Shown: positions 1 through 13,171, numbered from the whole stretch's first letter. The stretch: DNA of 63,058 bases, filler included, from Octopus bimaculoides (GCF_001194135.2; 5 parts of 5 records of this genome joined end to end with filler, not necessarily neighbours in it); one strand, 5' to 3'. Translations and numbers: made by a program. The notes: generated by a model from the sequence alone, not told the origin.

Positions 1-57
<57 letters not shown>
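1..57. repeat. (CA)n microsatellite
   Basis: Direct reading. Representative of dozens of (CA)n, (TA)n, (GA)n, (TAGA)n and (TACA)n tracts across the window. Confidence 0.99.
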
Positions 58-60
<3 letters not shown>

Positions 61-795
61 CATACGGACATAAAAATGTAATATTTATAAATCAAAACAA
101 AATTTTTTTAAATGGATACATATACACGACAACAATAATGCCAATGAATACATTCAAAGATTGATACGTAATGGAATATTTCCTGAGTTAATTGAAAGAG
201 TAATTATCTGAGCGAATTCATTGATAAACTTTCGAGAAATACCGGCGGGAAATGAAACGCCAAACACAAAGCAGGCATGGAATGTAAATTAATTTATATT
301 TGTACATATAAATGGAATTCCACGACACGTACATCGGCAACAAAATGGCAAGAATAAAGACAATAATAATCGAGAGAGAAAAGTTGGGCGCATTCACCGA
401 GACATACGCTTCTTCACGCGTCTACATAAACAATAAGAATTGGCAACTGAAAGCAGGAGAACGTAGTCACACTTGCAACAAGCCCTAACGCAGCACATGT
501 AAAGACAGAGACGAAAGGGATCTGGTAAGGGACCGATAGTAACTTCACACATACCCCACGCATGCACACCCCAAACACCACAAACAACAGAGACAGTAAC
601 AACAATAATAATAATGTAAACATTACTATTACTATTGCTACTACCACTATATATATATATATATAGTTCTGATTCCACTTGAAAGAAGAAAAATCACTGT
701 TACTATTAAGAGAAGACACAATAACAAACAATATCAGCCAATGGTTCAGTCACGGCTCCGTTTACACGCACCATCTCATTGAATAGTGCAAGCAT

Positions 796-826
<31 letters not shown>

Positions 827-959
827 AGTAAAACAAATCCCCAGAGAAGCATTACTATCTTTGATGATCCAATCCATGTTGGCTTTACGTCAGTGGTGTC
901 CATATAGAAGAAGGCAAGGTAAAAGTCCGTCATGAGGATAAACCCGGGAAGAGCTAAAC

Positions 960-1054
960 ATGTTCCGAAGTAGGAAGGAACCGAGCTGGACCCATTACCA
1001 CTGGCAAATCTGCACTCTTTTCGCCTTCTTACCATATTCTCTGGCATATTTCGG
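960..1054 (+). CDS. Wnt9: Wnt9 coding exon 1 (signal peptide)
   Basis: ATG at 960 with in-frame TAA upstream (939-941). Reads MFRSRKEPSWTHYHWQICTLFAFLPYSLAYF+GG, then donor GTAGGT at 1055. The ending AYFG| matches the Wnt9 exon1/2 junction (AYFG|LTG in vertebrate Wnt9a). Phase 2 joins the A at 10248 to give GGA (Gly). Confidence 0.88.
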
Positions 1055-1813
1055 GTAGGTTCAGCACTTTCATTTCCTTACACATAAGCACGTGTGTGNN
1101 NNNNNNNNNNNNNNNNNNNNNNNNNNNNNNNNNNNNNNNNNNNNNNNNNNNNNNNNNNNNNNNNNNNNNNNNNNNNNNNNNNNNNNNNNNNNNNNNNNNN
1201 NNNNNNNNNNNNNNNNNNNNNNNNNNNNNNNNNNNNNNNNNNNNNNNNNNNNNNNNNNNNNNNNNNNNNNNNNNNNNNNNNNNNNNNNNNNNNNNNNNNN
1301 NNNNNNNNNNNNNNNNNNNNNNNNNNNNNNNNNNNNNNNNNNNNNNNNNNNNNNNNNNNNNNNNNNNNNNNNNNNNNNNNNNNNNNNNNNNNNNNNNNNN
1401 NNNNNNNNNNNNNNNNNNNNNNNNNNNNNNNNNNNNNNNNNNNNNNNNNNNNNNNNNNNNNNNNNNNNNNNNNNNNNNNNNNNNNNNNNNNNNNNNNNNN
1501 NNNNNNNNNNNNNNNNNNNNNNNNNNNNNNNNNNNNNNNNNNNNNNNNNNNNNNNNNNNNNNNNNNNNNNNNNNNNNNNNNNNNNNNNNNNNNNNNNNNN
1601 NNNNNNNNNNNNNNNNNNNNNNNNNNNNNNNNNNNNNNNNNNNNNNNNNNNNNNNNNNNNNNNNNNNNNNNNNNNNNNNNNNNNNNNNNNNNNNNNNNNN
1701 NNNNNNNNNNNNNNNNNNNNNNNNNNNNNNNNNNNNNNNNNNNNNNNNNNNNNNNNNNNNNNNNNNNNNNNNNNNNNNNNNNNNNNNNNNNNNNNNNNNN
1801 NNNNNNNNNNNNN

Positions 1814-1845
<32 letters not shown>

Positions 1846-2759
1846 GCACACACTCATATACATACATACTATATATATATATATTTATATATGCATGTAT
1901 AAACTCACACACACACACAAACACAAAGGGGCAGACAGAGAGGCAGACGGACGGAGGAACGGACAGACAGACAGACAGACAGGCAGCTAGACAGATTGAT
2001 AGATAGATAAAAAAAAACATTCCAGGGATGTCAATGGCAAGGAATGATTTGTTTTCATTTTTATTAAATTTGGTTATGTATAAAGCTTTTTGAGTGTGTA
2101 TAATGAGGCAGGGAGAATTCCTAATGTTTGGGACCGTTTTCACCGCATATAAATTCAAACAAGAATAAACACACACCCCCACACAAATAAATTATGTTAA
2201 GAAACAAACGAAACGCTATTCAATCCAATGTTGTCGATATATTAAGAAACTGTTGATCAATCAGTCCATTATTTACTCAGAGTTTCACAGTTAGACAGGT
2301 GTGATTATACACAAACTTTACCTGAGTTATGCAATGCTGTAATGCAAACAACTTTCAGGTATAAAACTTGAAGTCAGGAACTGAATCATTCATTAATTCC
2401 AAAGAAGTAATTAACTCAATAACAACACGTATTGATTACACATTCTCTGAATATATATGTGTGCGTGTGTGTGTGTGTGTGTTTGTGTGTGTATTTATAT
2501 ATATATTGATAGATATATATGCATATATATATATAAATATATATAAGCTGATATATATATACATGTATATATGTATGTATGTATATATCTTGAAATTGAT
2601 ATTTCGCTTAGGAATAGCGATGATAATAACCTAGAGTTAGGACTCAATACACGTTTGCTTCAGAGCGAAACGTCAGTCAAGTGCAGAGCGGTAGTAAGAA
2701 GTTCGAATCATAAAAGAATAGACAATCATGTTATGAACTTCAATAGCTTNNNNNNNNNN

Positions 2760-2810
<51 letters not shown>

Positions 2811-2985
2811 TGTATGTATATATCTTGAAATTGATATTTCGCTTAGGAATAGCGATGATAATAACCTAGAGTTAGGACTCAATACACGTTTGCTTCAGAG
2901 CGAAACGTCAGTCAAGTGCAGAGCGGTAGTAAGAAGTTCGAATCATAAAAGAATAGACAATCATGTTATGAACTTCAATAGCTTA

Positions 2986-3118
2986 CAGCTGTTTCTGCAA
3001 TGAGATGCAATGTACTCATAGTTGAATGCTTGACTATCACCCTATAGCTTCATGGGTGCTTCAAACGTGAAGTGCATTTCTCAAGCAGTTGACATTGTAT
3101 CTTTAGCAGAAACAGCTG
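2986..3118. mobile_element. Small TA-flanked MITE
   Basis: TA|CAGCTGTTTCTGC...GCAGAAACAGCTG|TA; imperfect inverted arms extend to ~28 bp; TA target duplication. Confidence 0.75.
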
Positions 3119-3228
3119 TAACCTACTGAAGTTTATAACATAATTGTTTACTCCTTTGTCATTTTAATTTCTTTTATATATATAATGGACTCTCCCGTCC
3201 TTAGACGACGTATGAGGGTTCGACAATT

Positions 3229-3475
3229 TCTTACCGAAGGACCACACACATGATTCGTTTATAGTGATCAAATGTTTGTGTTCACATAAGCTCACTCCCT
3301 CCATCAAATCGACATTACCTGTACAGGTGCAACGGGTGTCACATGTCAGATGACGAAATAATAACAGAGCAACGTGAAATAAAGTGCTTTGCTCAAGAAC
3401 ACAACGCATCGCCCGGTCTGGGAATCGAACCCATGATCTCACAATTGTGAGTGTAACATCCTAACCACATGCGCC
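3229..3475 (-). mobile_element. tRNA-derived SINE, family C (CORE-like GTGTTCTTGAGCAAAGCACTT block)
   Basis: Reverse B-box GGTTCGATTCCC. Tail (GTACCTGTAC...CGATTTG...AAACATTTGATC) shared with the + copy at 45048-45300. Confidence 0.7.
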
Positions 3476-3686
3476 TTATATGTGCTTGGGGGACAAACAC
3501 AGACACACAAACATACACACACACATATATATACATAGTAGAAGACACTTGCCCACAATAAATTTGAGACCAATTTCTTCTTCCAGGTTCAACGAACTAT
3601 GGGTCACTCCATCGTCTTGCGTATCGTACCCAGAACTGCATTGTTGCACAATAAACCTCTTATCCACACATGCATATATCATTTCA

Positions 3687-3898
3687 TCTTTCACTTGTTT
3701 CAGTCATTAGACTGCGGCCACGCTGAAGCGCTGCCTGGAAGAATATTTTCGTCGAGCGAACCGACTCACCGAACCGCCAAGTTACGTGTGCGTAAAAATA
3801 CCAACACCGGTTTGTCCCCACCACTACCATCCAGCAGTGGTGGGGAACAAACACAGCCACAGGGACACACGCACGCACACACATTTACATATGTGGGC

Positions 3899-3962
<64 letters not shown>

Positions 3963-4121
3963 GTATATATATATATAAGACGGAATTCTTTCAGTTTATT
4001 CACAAGGGTTTGGTCGGCCCGAGACTATAATTGAAGACACCCAAGGCGCCGCGCAGTGGGACTGAAATCGGAACTATGTGGTTGGGAAGCATGCTTCTTA
4101 CCACACAGCCACGTCTGCGCC
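3687..4121 (-). mobile_element. tRNA-derived SINE, family A (full length with internal microsatellite)
   Basis: Head (TGGCTGTGTGGTAAG...GTTC..TCCCACTGCG) and tail (CAGTCAAATGACTGAAACAAGT) match many other copies in the window. Confidence 0.85.
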
Positions 4122-5216
4122 CATATGTAAACACATATATGTTGGAGGGGGGTATGCGCGCGCGTGTGTGTGTGTGTTTGCCTATGAATATATATGTGTG
4201 TGTGTAAGAAAGGAGGGAGAAAGTGAGGGTGGCGTGAAACTTACACGGACAGAGAAGTAGAGGGAGAGCCAGAGAAAGATGTGAGAGAGGGAAGAAAGGA
4301 GGAGAGCTAGAAAGAGAGTGCCATGTGGTTAAGAAGTCTGTTTCATAACTCGGCGGTTCCGAGTTCGAAAACGCTGAGCGACAACTCTTCCTCAAGAGAC
4401 TCCATTTGACCAGATAGAGTTACATAAATATAGCTAGATGAATACATGGTCGATAACTATAATGAACGGAACTTTCGGCCCTTGAGTCACTTATGTGACT
4501 TACGGCCCATTAAGAAGTAGATAGATAGATAGATAGATACATACATGCATACATACATACATACATACATACATACATACATACACATATATGTGTGTAT
4601 GTGTATGTATATGCATGATCTTTTCATATATACATATAAATGTGTTTGTGTGTGTGTGTATTGTATATAGTTATACATAATATAGTTTTATTGTTTCAGT
4701 CATATTGTGACCATACTGAAGCACCACCATGATGGGTTTTAATTGATCAAATTGTCTGCTGCCTTTATTCTACTTATTCCATCGGTTTCGTTTTGTCGAG
4801 GTTGCCGCTTTCAAGGAAGTCTTTGTTCGTCTTTATTTACATTTATCTCTTACTGCTTCACGATTCTCATAAAGTAAACCAAATGACAGTGATAGAGGAA
4901 AATCCAAACTAAAACCCATTAAGGCGGGGTTCTACACAGTTTCCGTCCTTTAATGTCATTCATCTGATCAAGGTGCTATACAGTGTGGGACCTGAACTTA
5001 AAACAACATGGTACCCAATTGCAATACAGAAGTCAGTGTGGATCCACTATTGAAGCCGAACTTTCGTTACATGTCGCGCTTCACAGCGAAAATACTCTCT
5101 CTCTCTTTCTCCCCCTCTCTCTCCCCCTCTCCTCTCTCTCCCATATATTTGTGTATGTTTGTTTGTTGTGTGGGGTGGGAGTGAAAATAACAGTTTGACT
5201 CAGCTCCATACAACCC

Positions 5217-5285
5217 CGTGGGCACGTAGGATGAACTTATCTCATCGGTAAAAGATTTCTGATGAGTTCATCCTACGCGTCCATG
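5217..5285 (+). other. Long RNA hairpin (pre-miRNA-like candidate) in Wnt9 intron 1
   Basis: 25-position stem with 3 G-U pairs and 1 mismatch, closing a 19-nt loop. Confidence 0.4.
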
Positions 5286-8200
5286 AAACTTGAAGTTACA
5301 TGGATCTCAGTCAAACTTATCAAAAAGCATGTGTAACTCTCAAATAAATATACTGAGTGCTACATTCTTTCGTGTCCACTCATTTGTGAATGCGTACATA
5401 TANNNNNNNNNNNNNATATATACAAGCATAGAGCGTATGCTTGTATATACAAGCATTGAAACATTTTCATGATAAACTATTGAATTGTGTAATGTTTTTT
5501 TTTAATCCATTGACTCCCTTCATATGTTGTCTATCCTCACAAATAAAAATAAGAGCAATTTTTTGTAGTTTTACAGTAAACTTCGTGATTTGTGATGGAG
5601 GTAGAAAAATTAGTTTCGTCTCTTGATTGTTGATAGTTTACATTAATTCCATCATTAATGATTTAAAGGCAATGATTTTTAGCAAATAACAATAAACACC
5701 TTCAAATAGGAACAATTACCAGTTGATGCACACAGCTGTGTGTGTGTGTGTTCAAGTGTATGAGTGAGTGTGTGTACGTATGAGGTTGATGACTACAGTG
5801 CATCTTTCAACAAGCAAAATTTAACTGCCATGGATGCGGTAGGAATGTCTGTACCAGTCTAAACATTTAATGCCGTTATTGTAAAGTATCACCAGGCCAT
5901 CTCTGAATGAACAAGGCAGTCGTCGGCCGAACGACAAGACATATTCGGCTATTTAGTTGTTCCAAGCGTGCACCTTGTGGCACATTCAAACATGCAGTGA
6001 TTAATCATGTGGTGTGCAGTGTAACCATTTCAGCACATTGCACTCATATCTCTATACCCGCAGATTTCTGTTATGGCCAGAATCAGCAAGTTAGACAGTT
6101 ACTGTTCCTCTACACTCCTATTTATTATCTGTTAATCTATTTATATATTTGATGGCGTTCATCCCACCATAATGATTGCAACTCGTATTCTCATCTGATG
6201 ACAGGAAGAAGTGAGGCTTGAAACTTACTGCAACAAGAAATTCTGCTCATCTCATGATCAGCTGGACTTGCTTTTTTAGCATTTTGGTTTCACTGTTTAG
6301 GTGAAAATCAGTGCCCTTCTATCAACACATAACCTATAATGATGTGAAGTGCCCTGTTTACGATGCTGATGGTTTCTATGAGGTTTGTATGAAACCTAAG
6401 ATGAAACTACTTCTTTTGACTTTTTTAGTTTAATATAATTTGTTGTTGGGTGTAGAGCGAGCTGATATCGTCAACGCTAGTTTTAATGCATTCTTTGTTA
6501 CCTAACCATGATGGTATTCTAGCAAAGTCACACTCGAATGGGCGAAACCACTAAAACTAAAAGAAGAGTTTCATTTTTTTTTTCTTCTTCTAAACCAAAG
6601 TGATAGACGTATCTGCTCCAAATATATTTGTATCTCATTTTGTTTTCCTCACAATATCAACTCCATGTGCTGTGAACGGTGTAGAGGTTTGCAATTTTAT
6701 TTCTTGTAGTTTTGTCTGCAGTGCGTTCTATGTTTATATTGTTTTTTTAACCCCCGTTCAGTCCAAATAAAGCAGAAACATCACTAACGTCTTTCCAACT
6801 GTGAGCATCTCACGTACAGTGCACCAATGCCCAGAAGGACCACATGATTCCGTTGTATCTTTTCTGAGATTTTTGTGAGTAATTCAAAAGAGATTTGGCT
6901 GAGGTATATATCTATGATATTAAGTGTGTTGTTAGCTGGTTGTTTTTTATATTCCTTGGTGTTTGCGGGGATAAAAACGGGATGGTAGATTTGGCAGGTG
7001 TTGTATTAAGTTTGTTGTTTTGGGAATCAGATTTCTAAGTTTTTGGCGTTGATTTGGTGAGGTTGTGCAGCATCTGTGTCTGGAGAATAATGAAATGTAA
7101 TTATGATGTCGGTTGTGTATGAAGCTTTAAGTATATTTTATAATGATGTAGGAAAGACGTTTATGTATCAGACAGAAAGTTTCGTTTCCATAATTGCAAC
7201 CATCTGGAATTACTTCATCACTCAGACTTTATTTATCCAAGACATTGAACTTTAGATCTTCAAACTGCTAAAACCTTTCCAGTCCAGAAAGGTCTGCCAA
7301 CTTCATATTCACCTCTGACGTTCGACTTACAAAATTGCAACTTTCAAAGTTTGAATGTTTCTCGTCTTTCTTTTATGTTATATATATATATGTGTGTGTG
7401 TGTGTGATCAATAAAACAAGCATTGCTTATACTTAACGTCCGATTTCACAAACTAATTACTTCGCATGTTAAAAGACATAGCTATTTTCCGACGATAGAT
7501 AGATAGATAGATTTGTTCTGTTCTTAAGTATTTTGATTGCTTAGAAATCCAAGAGATGCGAAAAAAGGGCTTCAAAGCCGAGGATTTCTATGTATAATAG
7601 GCATCTATCTGAAAACCTTTCAAGAGAGACTAGTTTATATTTCGGGATTTGCTTCACCACGCTTCAATGACTTACACTCATGTCTGGGGTAGAAATACTT
7701 TTAAAAAAATACTCTAATGATGCGAGTCAACTAACTGCTAATTAAATATTGATGGAAAATCGTTTCCCTCCCTGTCTCTATTGTTTTATTTTTTTTAGAT
7801 TTTCAGCCCATATAAACGTGTTTCACATCGAGATATCCGTATTAAAAAGAAAAAAAAAAAGAAAAAAAACTTGTATATTCTTTGACAATATTGCAAATTT
7901 CCCACGCTGTGGAGCAAATATTTTTCAGTTGTGCCAAAAGCTGAAACTTTCATTTTCTTCCCTTTTTCCTCTCCTTCGTTGCTTCTAACATCCTTCGCTC
8001 CTTCTTTCACCAATTTTCTTTAATTCTCTTTCTCCCTTTCTTTTTCTTTTCATTTTCTTTCACCAATTTTCTTTAATTCTCTTTCTCCCTTTCTTTTTCT
8101 TTTCATTTTCTTTCTCAATTTTCCTTTTTTCTCCTCCCTCTTCAATCTTTTTCGTTCTTCCTATTTCTTCTTTCTCTTTCTCTTACCCTAACTCACTTTA

Positions 8201-8810
8201 TATAATCATCACTCCGTTTACTACGTCTTTCCCATTTCCCTTCTGCAATTCAATAAATCTATTGATAAAGCTGTTTTTCTTTGCCAGTAGGTTCGTGTTG
8301 TTTGGCTTTTACTTCCAACGAATGCATTTCTGTAGATACTGGTTCTAACTGATCCTTATAATTTTAAACATGTTATTTTGTGATAGGCCTTGAAATTAAC
8401 CAAGTATCACTGTTTATATATTACTATTGGTATTTCTATTTATCGTTTTAAGGTTTGCCATCGCTGGTAACTATAAAACAGAACAATATAACCATTTTAA
8501 TATCTTGAGACGTGTTAAAATATAGCGTATTACTGACACACAGCTTTCTTTGTAACTTTACTGTACGTGAGAACGTACAGTGGTAGGTCTCGATGTTATT
8601 AATATAACGAAAAAAATGATGAAACCTTGAAACGTTTCCATGCTATGCTTCTCAGAGATTTCAGTCTTAGCAATTATTGACACGCAGATGTAATCCTTTA
8701 TTACATAAGTATACATTCAAAATGAGGAAGGTTTCTGGAGAGATCACGGGATATATATCCTTCCATTTAAATTTCTATTAAACCATATCACGCATCCATA
8801 TACATATACT

Positions 8811-8990
8811 GACTCTGTGTTGAGGCTGAGGCCGTGTGGGAAGATGAATGGAGGCATAACGTCGCCATCACTAGTGATCACTCCAAACACCAGGATGTTG
8901 ACTGGATGTTTGTCACTGTTCGTACATACTTTGGGGACATGGCAAACCAACGGTTGCTCTGTATGTTCACCATCTGTTCAAATTGGAGCT
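8811..8990 (-). mobile_element. maT/Tc1-like transposase fragment
   Basis: Reads QMVNIQSNRW...KHPVNILVFGVITSDGDVMPPFIFPHGLSLNTE; homologous to the element at 20983-21807. Confidence 0.8.
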
Positions 8991-9347
8991 TCCGGCGCGA
9001 ATACCACTTGTTTTACCTGTCTATTGACAATTGAGCATGTGAATTTATGAAATGGCCAACAAAAGGTTTTTTTATTTTATTTTTAATATTTAATTTGTAA
9101 TGTGCAGTTTAGTTTTTATATAAATCTTATAAGTTCGTGCCATCGCATTAAATGCGTATTGAATGATTAAAACTACAAAATATGCATTGTTTACTTGTTT
9201 CTTTTTTTCATTGAGGTGGTTTTGAGGTGTGCTAAAAATAACAGCAAAATAAAGTTTTTGAATAAATCTTTTAAGTTCGTACTATCTCAATGCTTAAAAC
9301 TACAAAAGACATGTTTACTCTTTCTTGACAACACGTGTTATTTTCAG

Positions 9348-9385
<38 letters not shown>

Positions 9386-9386
<1 letters not shown>

Positions 9387-9507
9387 GATGGGCTTCTTTC
9401 AGTTTCCGCCTGCCAAATCCGCTCACAAGGCTTTGGTCGGCCGGAGACTATAGCAGAAGGCACTTGCTCAAGGTGTCACGCAATGAGACTGAACCCGGAA
9501 CCATGTG
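9386..9507 (-). mobile_element. SINE family A, partial
   Basis: Reverse of CCTTGGGCAAGTG...GACCAAAGCCTTGTGAGCGGATTTGG...GGAAACTGAAAGAAGCCC. Confidence 0.85.
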
Positions 9508-10247
9508 TCTTTTTAATACTTTAGAGTAGAATTTTATTTGAAGTTTGGCTGCTGATTTGGGTGAGGCAAGTTTCCATGCAGAAACTCTCAAGCAGAACAC
9601 TGAGACCAACTGGCATCCATTGAAGTCAGCAATACGGCAGAAAACAATTCCCCCACCTCTCTCTCTCTCTCTCTCTCCTTCAAAATAATTCTGTGAATCG
9701 TTTTCTACTTTCAATGCTAAACTTTTATCCCAAACTCACAGAACCCTGCAGTAATTTTGTTTTATTCTGATAAATTCTAATTTCACATGTTAACTGATTT
9801 GCAAGATTCCTTATGTGAATTCGTGTGCTGAAACAAACTTTGCTGTGTCTGGGGAAAGTCGTGGTCCCTTAATATAACACACTCTGATAGTCAGAGTCAA
9901 AATTCATTGATACGGTCGCAAAGGCAGCGACGGAAATCTTTTCTGGAATAATTAAATAAATGAGTGGAAACTGAACCGGTGTTATATTAAGGTACTGTGA
10001 CTCTCCCCACACACAACAAAATAACTTCATGAAACATAAAAGAAAAAAAGCATATTTCTCTGAATACAATTTCCTTTTATATTAAAACTACTTTGCCTTT
10101 TTTTTTAAATCTTATCGCAACCTTATTGAAAGTTTATATATTTCAATATATTTATAATTTCACAAAATCGTTAAGAAATTCTTTATCTTATAAAGTTCCA
10201 ATTTTTCAAGACCAGCACCATTTTAGTTCTGACTTTCTTTTTGACAG

Positions 10248-10525
10248 ATTAACATCAAAGGATCCTCTTGTAGGCTACGAACTGGGTTTACCACACCAAA
10301 ACATTATACAAGAAAGAATAAGAAACGGCCACTTAAAGCCAGCTCAGCTTTGTAACATTTTCAAACTACAAAGAAAACAAAAAAAAATGTGCAAGAGAGA
10401 CAAAGGTGTTCCGGAAGTTCTAAACGAATCCATAAAACTGTCATTGTTGGGTTGCCAACAACAATTTCGATATGAGAGATGGAACTGTACTCTTGGACAG
10501 TACCATTTGGACATCCTTAAAAAAG
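10248..10525 (+). CDS. Wnt9: Wnt9 coding exon 2
   Basis: Acceptor ctttctttttgacag|A; donor G|GTTGGT at 10526; 278 nt, phase 2 to phase 1. Encodes LTSKDPLVG...LCNIFKLQRKQKKMCKRDKGVPEVLNESIKLSLLGCQQQFRYERWNCTLGQYHLDILKKG. Cys spacing and motifs match Wnt9 ([20 protein letters not shown]...CQFQFRFERWNC...LLKRG). Confidence 0.93.
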
Positions 10526-11577
10526 GTTGGTTCATTTTACATCTACTATTATTTCCCATTATTAGATATATAGACCCAGGTGTATGTAGAACTGTAGGGT
10601 TAAAAAATAGTCGCTATTGCAAGCACGAGTTCCAGGGTTCCATCCTGCTGTCCAACACCTTAGAGTAGTGTTTTCTACGAAAGAAAGTGGGCAGACGGAT
10701 ATTATTGCCTTTATAATGAAATCTAATATAGACAAGCATATTGGCAATAATTCCGCTCTTCAGAGATGTATAAAGTTATTATTATATATGTGAAAACGAA
10801 TGGTATACATAATAAAATTTTCTATAGGATGGTGTTACTTGAAATATTAAAAAATATTAAGAATATTAAAAATATTAAAAATATATACTGTCCTTTGAGA
10901 ATTTGTAAATCCAATCCATCATATAATTTGGAAAATTCATAGTTTTCCTTTGTAGATATTTTATATGATATATAGTTTTTGATGTTGATATATTTTTCAG
11001 AATATTTGAGAATCACAGTACATTATTAGGGTAGAGTCCATCTTGTTAGATTTATTGCGTTATTTCGCAATAATTAAATATATAATATAATATTGGTAAA
11101 TCCTATGAATCACATTCAATATTTAAATGTTCCNNNNNNNNNNNNNNNNNNNNNNNNNNNNNNNNNNNNNNNNNNNNNNNNNNNNNNNNNNNNNNNNNNN
11201 NNNNNNNNNNNNNNNNNNNNNNNNNNNNNNNNNNNNNNNNNNNNNNNNNNNNNNNNNNNNNNNNNNNNNNNNNNNNNNNNNNNNNNNNNNNNNNNNNNNN
11301 NNNNNNNNNNNNNNNNNNNNNNNNNNNNNNNNNNNNNNNNNNNNNNNNNNNNNNNNNNNNNNNNNNNNNNNNNNNNNNNNNNNNNNNNNNNNNNNNNNNN
11401 NNNNNNNNNNNNNNNNNNNNNNNNNNNNNNNNNNNNNNNNNNNNNNNNNNNNNNNNNNNNNNNNNNNNNNNNNNNNNNNNNNNNNNNNNNNNNNNNNNNN
11501 NNNNNNNNNNNNNNNNNNNNNNNNNNNNNNNNNNNNNNNNNNNNNNNNNNNNNNNNNNNNNNNNNNNNNNNNNNNNN

Positions 11578-11620
<43 letters not shown>

Positions 11621-12081
11621 ATTACACACAAACACAATTACACACGCAACACGCACGCTCACACACACACACAGACACACACGTATACATATGCAGACAC
11701 ACATTTCACCTTTCAATAAATAATTGTTTAAATTTTGTTGCTGATTTTATATTATTGATAATATCATCTTTGATTTACAAGATTTCATTTTGTAATCGAA
11801 CGTGTTAACAAACGATCTACTGTATGTGTGTATGTATGTATATGTATATTTGTGTGTGTATACATTCATATATGTATAGACGTACACCCTCAATCACACA
11901 CTCTCACACACACAACTATACATATATACACACACAAATGTATATATGAGTGTGTGTATTCTTCATTATGTCGAATAACAAAGTTGTCGATAGACAATAT
12001 TTTCTGCTTTTTTCTTTCATCAAAATTAATAGACCTTTTTTCAATGTTTTTGTAACGTTATGTGTGTGTGTGTGTGTGTGT

Positions 12082-12156
<75 letters not shown>

Positions 12157-12638
12157 CATTGGTCATCCTGCAATTCTATTGGCTTTCATATTTTTTTTCT
12201 TGTCGTTTCTTTTCATTCTTCTAAAAGTTGCTTCGTTTATATTAAAACTCTTTCGCTGCTTATGTCGTGCCCTCTCTGTTCTAAAATTGATTTAATACTT
12301 TTTGTTTCGAGACATGTTTGACATATGAATTATTAGTTTTTTAATTACAAAAATAGCTAACAAAATATGAAAAAGAAATATAAATCAAGTGATATTGCAG
12401 CCTGAAGAGAAGTGAAATAAAATGAAAGCCACAAAAATAAACTGAAATGACAACTAGGAATTAATAAAGTTGTATTTCTAAATGATCAACTTAGAGCAAA
12501 AGTGGGACAGAGAAAAGGAAGAACAGCGTTTAAAAACATCATCAGGCTAAAGTGAAATCGTGTGAAACAAGTGCCCTATGAACAACCCTCTGTGTGTATA
12601 GGTGTATACACCTATACACACACACACATATATATATA

Positions 12639-12670
<32 letters not shown>

Positions 12671-12680
12671 CGCGTATAAC

Positions 12681-12970
12681 GGATCTATTCCATCTCAATC
12701 ACAGATTTCTGATTTTTTTTTTTTTAGCTAAAAACTTTGAAACTTCGAATATTGTTAGAATTTCTCACGCAGAACATGGTTTATACTCTGAACGTTTTTG
12801 ACAAAATTTCGTATTTTAGAAGTTATTTCGTGTGAAAGTTGTCGTATTTGGGTAATTTCAACCAATCAACGACGTGTATTCCGTGAGAAATTCTATCAAT
12901 ATTCGAAGTTTTAAACTGTTTAGTTAAGAAAAATTAATTAAGAAATCTGTGATTGGGATGGAATATATCC
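12681..12970. mobile_element. Foldback MITE with ~90-bp inverted arms
   Basis: GGATCTATTCCATCTCAATCACAGATTTCT versus AGAAATCTGTGATTGGGATGGAATATATCC; arms span 12681-12769 and 12882-12970. No clear TSD. Confidence 0.75.
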
Positions 12971-13171
12971 CATGCAGATAATCGTACATACATACATACA
13001 CACATACATACAGACCAAAACACGCACATACATACATACACACACTACACACACACATACACACACACATACACACACACTACACACACACATACACACA
13101 CATACACACACACACACATCTTCAGAAGTTCATATATCCAAAAAAACATAAGTCCAGTAATATATTTATAC

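Noticed and set aside
860-866. CTTTGAT TCF/LEF-like site near the Wnt9 start
   Set aside because: A single 7-mer is expected by chance in AT-rich DNA; no conservation data.
2571-2984. ~175-bp direct duplication
   Set aside because: Near-identical copies flank a 10-N gap, which is a typical unmerged contig overlap.
6195-6226. CTGATGA...GAAAC motif (similar partial hits at ~2640-2678, ~7180-7225 minus, ~35180-35250 minus, ~41604)
   Set aside because: Each lacks at least one essential part (core, stem I, stem II or NUH site).
6914-6988. Signal-peptide-like MILSVLLAGCFLYSLVFAGIKTG as an alternative Wnt9 exon 1
   Set aside because: Splicing at TG|GTAGAT to exon 2 creates TGA; the exon at 960-1054 fits perfectly.
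10093-10668. 191-aa ORF as a single-exon gene
   Set aside because: Only 10248-10525 is Wnt-like and it is bounded by splice sites; the flanks are intronic read-through.
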